From Candidatus Nanopelagicales bacterium (GTDB lineage: Bacteria; Actinomycetota; Actinomycetes; S36-B12): a stretch of DNA of 43,503 bases. This document shows positions 36,630-43,503 of this stretch, one piece after another (position 1 is the stretch's first letter; every line of letters begins with the position of its first letter). The notes under the pieces are model-generated. The model saw only the letters and a program-made list of their open reading frames with translations. It was not told the origin of the DNA and did not search any database. The position numbers and the translations under genes were made by a program. The DNA is taken from contig JBIJBU010000003.1 in NCBI GenBank assembly GCA_044345075.1, positions 1 to 43,503 on the forward strand. Reading direction: 5' to 3'.

Positions 36630-37709
36630 TTAGCGCTCAATCGTTCCTGCGATGAAGTCCTCGACTGCCTGCTTCGCCTGGCTGTCGTTGTACTGCACAG
36701 GCGGTGACTTCATGAAGTAGCTGGAAGCCGACAGGATCGGACCGCCGATGCCGCGATCCTTGGCGATCTTGGCGGCACGTACGGCGTCGATGATCACGCC
36801 TGCGCTGTTGGGCGAATCCCACACCTCAAGCTTGTACTCAAGGCTCAGCGGTACGTCTCCGAATGCACGACCTTCGAGACGCACGAATGCCCACTTGCGA
36901 TCGTCGAGCCACGCAATGTAGTCCGACGGGCCGATGTGCACATTGCGCTCACCAAGATCATGTGACAGCTGCGAGGTGACCGACTGGGTCTTGGAGATCT
37001 TCTTCGACTCAAGACGATCGCGCTCAAGCATGTTCTTGAAGTCCATGTTGCCGCCGACATTGAGTTGGTACGTGCGATCGAGGATCACGCCACGGTCCTC
37101 GAAGAGCTTGGCGAGTACGCGGTGAGTGATGGTGGCACCGACCTGGCTCTTGATGTCGTCTCCCACGATCGGCAGGCCGGCGTCCTCGAACTTCTTCGCC
37201 CACTCAGGCGTACCGGCGATGAAGACGGGCAGTGCGTTGACGAAGCCGCAGCCTGCGTCAATGGCGCACTGGGCGTAGAACTTGGCGGCATCCTCCGAGC
37301 CGACGGGCAGGTAGCACACGACGATGTCGACCTTTGCTTCCTTAAGCGCGGCAACGACATCGACGGCGGGCGCATCGGATTCAGTGATGGTCTCGCGGTA
37401 GTACTTGCCGAGACCGTCGAGGGTCACGCCGCGCTGCACGGTGATGCCGGTCCTGGGTACATCGCAGATCTTGATGGTGTTGTTCTCGGAAGCGTTGATG
37501 GCGTCGGCGAGATCGAGACCGACTTTCTTCACATCGACATCGAATGCGGCGACGAACTTCACGTCGCGGACGTGGTATTCGCCGAACTGCACGTGCATGA
37601 GACCGGGGACTGCTGCTGACGGATCAGCGTCCTTGTAGTACTCGACACCTTGGACGAGCGAGGAAGCGCAGTTGCCTACGCCGACAATCGCTACGCGAAC
37701 TGAAGCCAT
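36630..37709 (-). CDS. ino1: myo-Inositol-1-phosphate synthase
   Basis: [48 protein letters not shown]; ATG 37709 after GAAAGG. Confidence 0.97.
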   Translation of the reverse strand: MASVRVAIVGVGNCASSLVQGVEYYKDADPSAAVPGLMHVQFGEYHVRDVKFVAAFDVDVKKVGLDLADAINASENNTIKICDVPRTGITVQRGVTLDGLGKYYRETITESDAPAVDVVAALKEAKVDIVVCYLPVGSEDAAKFYAQCAIDAGCGFVNALPVFIAGTPEWAKKFEDAGLPIVGDDIKSQVGATITHRVLAKLFEDRGVILDRTYQLNVGGNMDFKNMLERDRLESKKISKTQSVTSQLSHDLGERNVHIGPSDYIAWLDDRKWAFVRLEGRAFGDVPLSLEYKLEVWDSPNSAGVIIDAVRAAKIAKDRGIGGPILSASSYFMKSPPVQYNDSQAKQAVEDFIAGTIER

Positions 37710-37767
37710 GGGGGAATGCCTTTCATATGGGGATGTGTGATGCGCGGACGCGCGTGAGTGGTGCTGA

Positions 37768-38373
37768 TTACTCGCTACCGACCAGTTGGCCGGCAGTGGG
37801 AAGTTCTTGTTTGTCACCGCTCTGTTCGAGGTGGATGAGTTCGGTGAGCCAGGCGACCTCGCGCTCGGTGCCGTCGAGGCCATGCTGTTGAAGTTGCAGG
37901 GTGTAGGTGTCCATGCGTTCTCGACCGAGTCGGATCGCATCGCGCATCGACTGCATGCGCTCTTCGAGCCGTGAGCGACGGCCTTCGAGAATTCGTAGAC
38001 GCACGCGTGCCTCTGTCTTGGCAAAGAAGGCCAGATGGGCCGCGAAGCCTTCGTCCTCCCAGGCCTCGGGGCCGGGCTGGGCGACCCACTCGCCGAATGC
38101 CGCGCGGCCGGCCGAAGTCAGGGCATAGACAACGCGGGCTCGCTTGGCGGCCAGAGGCGGCGCTGCTGACCCGAGTGCCGGGGTGGTGTCGACGTTCTCG
38201 ATGAGCCCGCGCTCCTCGAGGCGGCGCAAGGCCGGGTAGAGGGAGCCGAAGGAGAGGGCGCGGAAGGTGCCGAGGACGGCAGTCAGTCGCTTGCGGAGTT
38301 CGTAGCCGTGGAGGGGCCCATCAACGAGCATGCCGAGGACGGCGAACTCGAGGACATCTGCCCGGCGTGCCAT
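37768..38373 (-). CDS. PadR-family transcriptional regulator (Rv0047c-like)
   Basis: [48 protein letters not shown]; upstream of ino1. Confidence 0.93.
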   Translation of the reverse strand: MARRADVLEFAVLGMLVDGPLHGYELRKRLTAVLGTFRALSFGSLYPALRRLEERGLIENVDTTPALGSAAPPLAAKRARVVYALTSAGRAAFGEWVAQPGPEAWEDEGFAAHLAFFAKTEARVRLRILEGRRSRLEERMQSMRDAIRLGRERMDTYTLQLQQHGLDGTEREVAWLTELIHLEQSGDKQELPTAGQLVGSE

Positions 38374-38407
38374 GGATACCCCTTTAGGTCTCAATAACTC
38401 AGCAAAA

Positions 38408-38417
38408 CGATATATCG
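38408..38417. promoter_or_regulatory. Palindrome CGATATATCG, candidate PadR operator or promoter element
   Basis: Perfect 10-bp palindrome in the AT-rich divergent intergenic region upstream of padR. Confidence 0.5.
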
Positions 38418-38472
38418 AAAAAGCATAAATACAAAGTTCGCGGCGCTCCGAGTGGCGACGTAGGCTGATTTC

Positions 38473-38985
38473 ATGGCCGAGCCACGGGGACGCACCGCAC
38501 TGCGGGGCTCCATTCCCAAGGGAGCGCGGGGTTCCGCAAAACCGCGGCCGGAGCTCGCCGAGCCCGAGGTCGTCCGTGACCCTGCCGCCCCACGGCGGGT
38601 GGTCGACCACGTTCTGGCTCGCCAGCGGGCCCTGTATTCCCTGTTCAACGGGGGTGCCTTGAGCTCGGAGTTCTGTGACGCTGACCCGTACCTGCTCAAG
38701 GCGGCCAAGAATCACGGTGAACTGGCCCCAGGCCCATGCCCGGTCTGCAAGAGCCCTGACTTCGTCCACGTCACCTATGTCTATGGCGACGAGCTCGGCC
38801 CGTACTCCGGACGCATCCGGGCAACCGACGAACTCGCGCCGATGGCGACGAAGTTCGGATCCTTCAATGTGTACGTCGTCGAGGTCTGCGGACGTTGCTC
38901 GTGGAACTTCCTGATCACCACTTACGTCCTAGGTGACGGCGTGCCGCGCAAGGCGCTGCCCACGCCGCGTGATCTCCTTGACTAG
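38473..38985 (+). CDS. DUF5318-family protein (Rv0049-like, Cys-containing)
   Basis: CDADPYLLKAAKNHG, CPVC, YVVEVCGRCSWN; lies between padR and ponA1. Confidence 0.88.
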   Translation: MAEPRGRTALRGSIPKGARGSAKPRPELAEPEVVRDPAAPRRVVDHVLARQRALYSLFNGGALSSEFCDADPYLLKAAKNHGELAPGPCPVCKSPDFVHVTYVYGDELGPYSGRIRATDELAPMATKFGSFNVYVVEVCGRCSWNFLITTYVLGDGVPRKALPTPRDLLD

Positions 38986-39033
38986 CTGATCTAGTCAGCC
39001 ACTTCCCCATTGCCAGAAATACAGAGGATGCCC

Positions 39034-41181
39034 GTGAGCCAGCAGAAGCCGGCGAAGAAGAAAGCGAGCTCGCGCCCCGCGCGCAAGCGTCACTGGATCC
39101 GCAACACGATCCTGGCCTTGGGCGGCGTGATCGTTCTAGGAGTCCTCGCATTTATCGGCGTCGTTCTCCTGACACCGGTGCCCACCCCGAATGAACTTTC
39201 GACGAGCCAGGCCACGATCGTGTACTGGAACGACGGAACGACAGAACTCGGACGCCTCGGCGACTCGACACGACGCAGTGTCCCGCTCAGCGATATCCCT
39301 GACATGACTCAGAAGGCGGTGCTCGCCGCCGAGGACCGCACGTTCTACGAGCATGGCGGAATCTCACCGCTGGGCATCGGCCGCGCAGTGTTCAACAACC
39401 TCACGGGTGGATCAACGCAGGGCGGATCAACAATCACCCAGCAGTACGCGAAGAACGCCTTCCTCACGCAAGAGCGCGCAATCTCGCGCAAGGTCAAGGA
39501 GGCCGTGCTCGCCTTCAAGCTCGAGACTGTCGTGTCGAAGGACAAGATTCTTGAGGATTACCTCAACACCATCTACTTCGGTCGCGGTGCGTACGGCATC
39601 GATGCAGCCGCTCGCGCCTATTTCAATGTGCCCGCATCACAACTGACGCTGGCGCAAAGTGCCACGCTCGCGGCGATCATTAAATCGCCTGGCGGCTTGG
39701 CTCCTGAGGACAACCTCTCGGGTCTGAAGGCCAGATGGACGTACGTGCTCGACGGAATGGTGGAACAGGGCTGGATCACGGAGGCAGAGGCGAGCAGCGT
39801 CGTGTTCCCGGAGATCATCGAGGTCAAGGCCACCAACCGTCTCGGTGGACAGACCGGTTTCTTGCTGAACGCCGTTACCGATGAACTGCGCACGATCGGC
39901 TTCTCCGACGCTGAGATCCAAAGCGGTGGACTTCGCATTACCTCGACATTCAGCCAGGTAGCCGAGCGGGCAGCGATCAAGGCTGTGCGCAAGGCCGGCC
40001 CGCAATCAGAGACTGAAGGTCTGCGCATCGGTCTCGCAGCAGTGCAGCCCGGTACCGGTGAGGTCATCGCTATGTACGGCGGTCGCGACTACATCGAGGA
40101 TCAGATCAATAACGCGACTCAACAGTTTGCGCAGGCCGGCTCAACCTTCAAGCCCTTCGCCTTGGCAGCCGCAGCAGATCAGCAGGTTTCCCTTGCGTCG
40201 ACCTACGACGGATCTTCGCCGCAGACGATCAAGGGCTACACGCTGACGAACTACGGCGACAAGTCATATGGCTACATCAACTTGCTTACCGCCACCGAGA
40301 ACAGCGTCAACACCGCGTACGTCAATCTTGAAGATCAGATCGGCGTTGACTCGGTTGCCGACGCTGCACTTCGCGCAGGCATTCCGGAAGATACCCCTGG
40401 TCTGAACCTCGACAATCTTGATCTCACCTTTGTTCTCGGCACCGCATCTCCCTCGGGTCTAGACGTAGCGAATGCCTACGCGACATTCGCCGCTAGCGGC
40501 ATCCGCGCGACACCCACTGTCGTGAAGAAGGTCGTGGGTAGCAATGGCGGCGTTCTCTACGAGTACTCCCCTGATCTCACTTCGCAGTTCACTGCGGACA
40601 CCGCCAACACTGTTTCCTACGCGCTGGCGAAGGTAGTCACGAACGGAACGGCTTTCGCGGCCATGGCACTCGATCGTCCGGCGGCGGCAAAGACCGGAAC
40701 GACCGACGGAAACAAGAGCGCCTGGTTCGCGGGCTACACCCCTCAGCTCTCCACGGCCGTGCTGATGGCCAAGGAGATCGACGGAGTTCCCGTCTCGCTC
40801 TCGGGAACTGGCGGTCTGGGCACGGTTACCGGCGGCTCCTTCCCGGCGGCTATCTGGACAGCCTTCATGAAGGCAGCCCTCGAGGGCATGCCCGTTGCCG
40901 AGTTCCCCGCACCCCCTGAGGGCGTAGAGGTCGCCCAGATCTGTCCCGAGGTCATGCCACTCGACGGTTCCGATATCCCGGTGGGCTGCCCGACACCGGC
41001 GGCAATTGAATTCGAGCCGTCTGCAATCCCCTCGGACATTGCCTCGAGTGATCCGTTCCCGGTCGACAGCGCACCAGCGGTGCCGGGCGATCCAGCAGCG
41101 ACACCCGTTCCCGTCCCCACACCAACCCCGACGCCTTCTCCCACTCCACCGGGAATCGACGGGGCTCCGGCGCAACGATGA
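39034..41181 (+). CDS. ponA1: Class A penicillin-binding protein (transglycosylase/transpeptidase, PonA1-like)
   Basis: TG motifs EDRTFYEHGG, GGSTITQQYAKN, RKVKE, KDKILEDYLN; TP motifs STFK, SVN, KTG; Pro/Thr-rich tail. Start GTG 39034 or ATG 39028. Confidence 0.93.
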   Translation: MSQQKPAKKKASSRPARKRHWIRNTILALGGVIVLGVLAFIGVVLLTPVPTPNELSTSQATIVYWNDGTTELGRLGDSTRRSVPLSDIPDMTQKAVLAAEDRTFYEHGGISPLGIGRAVFNNLTGGSTQGGSTITQQYAKNAFLTQERAISRKVKEAVLAFKLETVVSKDKILEDYLNTIYFGRGAYGIDAAARAYFNVPASQLTLAQSATLAAIIKSPGGLAPEDNLSGLKARWTYVLDGMVEQGWITEAEASSVVFPEIIEVKATNRLGGQTGFLLNAVTDELRTIGFSDAEIQSGGLRITSTFSQVAERAAIKAVRKAGPQSETEGLRIGLAAVQPGTGEVIAMYGGRDYIEDQINNATQQFAQAGSTFKPFALAAAADQQVSLASTYDGSSPQTIKGYTLTNYGDKSYGYINLLTATENSVNTAYVNLEDQIGVDSVADAALRAGIPEDTPGLNLDNLDLTFVLGTASPSGLDVANAYATFAASGIRATPTVVKKVVGSNGGVLYEYSPDLTSQFTADTANTVSYALAKVVTNGTAFAAMALDRPAAAKTGTTDGNKSAWFAGYTPQLSTAVLMAKEIDGVPVSLSGTGGLGTVTGGSFPAAIWTAFMKAALEGMPVAEFPAPPEGVEVAQICPEVMPLDGSDIPVGCPTPAAIEFEPSAIPSDIASSDPFPVDSAPAVPGDPAATPVPVPTPTPTPSPTPPGIDGAPAQR

Positions 41182-41228
41182 CCGTTGGCAAGCGGCATTG
41201 ACCACGCCCCATCGACCATGATGAGCAC

Positions 41229-42641
41229 GTGAGCAGTTCCGTCTCCCCGATCGTGCATCCCAGTGATGAAGATCCGGTTGCCATCGGTGGATCCGAGGCG
41301 CTGGGCGGACCAATCGGCCGATTCGCACGCAACGTCGGTTGGTGGCTACCTGTTCGGGTTTTGATCGTCATCACCGCGATCACCTACGCACTCGGCTATC
41401 TGCTCGACTATTCGTGCCGGGCCACTGGCTGGGCAGCACCTGAGCGTTACGAGCACCTGTGCTACTCCGACATCCCGCCGCTCTACTCGCTGCGCGGCTT
41501 TGCCGACGGCTATCTGCCGTATCTGCAGACTCCACCGGGCGGTCAGCCGCTCGAGTATCCGGTACTCACCGGCATCTTCATGCAGATTTCTGCGGTGATT
41601 ACCAACATCATCACCAATGTTGCGACATCTCTCGACACCGCTCGCACGTTCTTCGATGTCAACGTGTTGCTGCTTTTCATCCCGTTGGTGATCACCGTCA
41701 TCGCAACATCGATGACGGTACGTCGGCGTCCGTGGGATGCACTCATGGTGGCTGCAGCACCGACCATGATCCTCGCCGCGACGATCAACTGGGATCTTCT
41801 TCCGCTTGCCTTCACCGGCGTTGCCTTCGTGCTCTGGTCGCGCAAGCATGAGTTTTCTGCTGGCCTACTGCTCGGCCTCGCGATCGCCGCGAAGTTCTAT
41901 CCACTGATCTTCCTCGCGGGATTCCTGCTGCTGACGATTCGCACGGGCAAGTGGACAGCGTTCGGGAAGCTGCTGGTGGGCAGCGTCATCGCGTGGCTCG
42001 TGGTGAACGTTCCCTTCATCATCGGCAACTTCGACGGCTGGTCGTACTTCTATACCTTCAGCAAGACCCGAGGCGAGGACTTCGGCTCCCCGTGGTTCGC
42101 GATAACCCAATGGGGCATCCCAGGCATCCCGGCTGACTCGCTGAACAACGTTGCAACAGGTGCATTCGTTGTTCTTGCTGCGGCGGTGGCAGTTCTCGTG
42201 CTCGCGGCGAAGCGTCGTCCGCGCCTGCCTCAGGTGCTCTTCCTGCTCATTGCAGCGTTCGTGCTCACCAACAAGGTGTACTCGCCGCAGTACGTTCTCT
42301 GGCTGATTCCACTAGCGGTTCTCGCTCGGCCGAAGTGGCGGGACTTCTTGATCTGGCAGGTAGGCGAGCTCATCTACTTTGCCGCAATCTGGTGGTTCTT
42401 GGTTGGCTACGGAGTCGAGGACACCAAGGGCTTGACCCCTCAGCTTTACGCGACAGCGGTGTTCATTCACATCGCGGCCACGATCTACTTCGCGATCATG
42501 GTGATCCGCGACATCGTGAAACCCGAGCATGATCCGATCCGCACAGATGGATTCGCCGAGGATATGGATGATCCTGCGGGCGGCGTGTACGACAAAGCGC
42601 CCGATGCATTCGTGCTGCGCGGCTCTAGCTCAGGCCGATAA
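41229..42641 (+). CDS. GT87-family integral membrane glycosyltransferase (Rv0051-like)
   Basis: CYSDIPPLY, EYPVLTG, INWDLL, AKFYP, NKVYSPQYVLWLIPLAVLARP. Confidence 0.92.
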   Translation: MSSSVSPIVHPSDEDPVAIGGSEALGGPIGRFARNVGWWLPVRVLIVITAITYALGYLLDYSCRATGWAAPERYEHLCYSDIPPLYSLRGFADGYLPYLQTPPGGQPLEYPVLTGIFMQISAVITNIITNVATSLDTARTFFDVNVLLLFIPLVITVIATSMTVRRRPWDALMVAAAPTMILAATINWDLLPLAFTGVAFVLWSRKHEFSAGLLLGLAIAAKFYPLIFLAGFLLLTIRTGKWTAFGKLLVGSVIAWLVVNVPFIIGNFDGWSYFYTFSKTRGEDFGSPWFAITQWGIPGIPADSLNNVATGAFVVLAAAVAVLVLAAKRRPRLPQVLFLLIAAFVLTNKVYSPQYVLWLIPLAVLARPKWRDFLIWQVGELIYFAAIWWFLVGYGVEDTKGLTPQLYATAVFIHIAATIYFAIMVIRDIVKPEHDPIRTDGFAEDMDDPAGGVYDKAPDAFVLRGSSSGR

Positions 42642-43503
42642 TCGCATCGAAGTGCGAGGTCGTGAACCGCACATCAGCGGTGAGTTGATCACCGACGGTG
42701 GGAATCACCGCGCCGCGCGGCAGCCAGATCATCGAAACCTGAGCGTGCGGTGCCTCAGCAAACCAGCGCTGCTTACCGTCACACGTGAAGGGTGACATTG
42801 CACGGCCAGCGGCATCGAGTGCGCCGGTACCCGCCGTGACAACCCGCTGGCGCACTGACGAAGCCGGTGAGGGCGCACTGAGGCCGATGCCGTGCGAGGT
42901 GCCGCCGGAGACCACGACCAAGGTGCCATCACGTGGGCCGCTGCGCTGGCGATAGCCCACATGCGTTCCGTTGGGCAGTGGGTGCACCGCGAGTACCGTG
43001 CCGCGTGCCTTAAGAGAAGTGCGGTCGAGCCACAGTCGTGTGCCGATGCGAGGGCGAACGGTCAATGTGCTGCATGAGCGAACGACAGCACCGAGCTCTG
43101 AGTCATCGAGATGCGAGACCCACAGGCATGCAGCTTCGGAGCCGCCGATGTGCTCGAGCTCCGCGGCCCAGCTACCGGCCCAGCGCAGTACCTCGCGCAC
43201 GCGAGCCGTGCCCGACTCGACGCCTCGCGGGCTGATCTCATCAGCGGGTTGCGCAATGGGAAGGTGCAAGGTAAGACCGCGAAGCAGGATGCGGCCTTCG
43301 ACGAGTGCCGCGCGCACGCGCGAGTCAGCGAGTGCCGCGAGAAGCTCGTCGTGCGTAAAGCCGAAGCGCTGCATTGACGTGCGACCTTCGAGAATCACGC
43401 GAACAGGGCCCGGGCCATCGGCTAGGGCGAGCAATGCCTCGGTTGAGGAGATCGTGCGAATCACGCGATGGCCGCGATCAGCCAGGAAGTGCCAGGCATC
43501 TGC
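42625..43503 (-). CDS. Alanine racemase-family protein; 5' end outside the window
   Basis: The frame stays open to the window end (ADAWHFLADRGHRVIRTISS...). TSMQRFG, LHLP, WVSHL, RPRIGTRLW, VGYRQR, VSGGTSHGIG; this position after GT87 is usual in actinomycetes. Confidence 0.78.
   Translation of the reverse strand, partial: ADAWHFLADRGHRVIRTISSTEALLALADGPGPVRVILEGRTSMQRFGFTHDELLAALADSRVRAALVEGRILLRGLTLHLPIAQPADEISPRGVESGTARVREVLRWAGSWAAELEHIGGSEAACLWVSHLDDSELGAVVRSCSTLTVRPRIGTRLWLDRTSLKARGTVLAVHPLPNGTHVGYRQRSGPRDGTLVVVSGGTSHGIGLSAPSPASSVRQRVVTAGTGALDAAGRAMSPFTCDGKQRWFAEAPHAQVSMIWLPRGAVIPTVGDQLTADVRFTTSHFDAIIGLS

Noticed and set aside
41100-41150. Short tandem CC(A/G)AC-like repeats
   Set aside because: They encode the Pro/Thr tail of PonA1 and are not a CRISPR array or mobile repeat; no repeat-spacer array was seen anywhere in the window.

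Overview
This is the replication-origin region of a high-GC actinomycete chromosome. The core runs leftward as dnaA-oriC-dnaN-recF-dciA-gyrB-gyrA-DUF3566-tRNA-Ile-(DLW-39)-tRNA-Ala and rightward as rpmH-rnpA-yidD-yidC-jag-rsmG-parA-parB, with two perfect parS sites. It is followed by the conserved actinobacterial cell-envelope/redox block: ddl-like ligase, aminotransferase, cwlM, trxA, trxB, anti-sigma, sigM, pseudokinase, murJ, DUF6049-like, NUDIX, CCA enzyme, ino1, PadR, DUF5318, ponA1, GT87 and an alanine-racemase-like gene. Left of tRNA-Ala is an accessory LIV-type ABC importer with a divergent LuxR-type regulator; its last permease has a soluble C-terminal extension that reminds me of the N,N-dimethylformamidase small subunit (cut off by the window edge). 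Three short ORFs missed by the supplied track are visible. One is a 42-aa ORF between rsmG and parA that contains a parS site and two EPAGLGWPE repeats differing only at synonymous positions. One is a 41-aa DLW-39 peptide starting right after tRNA-Ile. One is a 41-aa membrane peptide abutting a tail-less CwlM. No integrase, transposase or CRISPR array was seen. All family assignments come from motif recognition and gene order; no database search was run.
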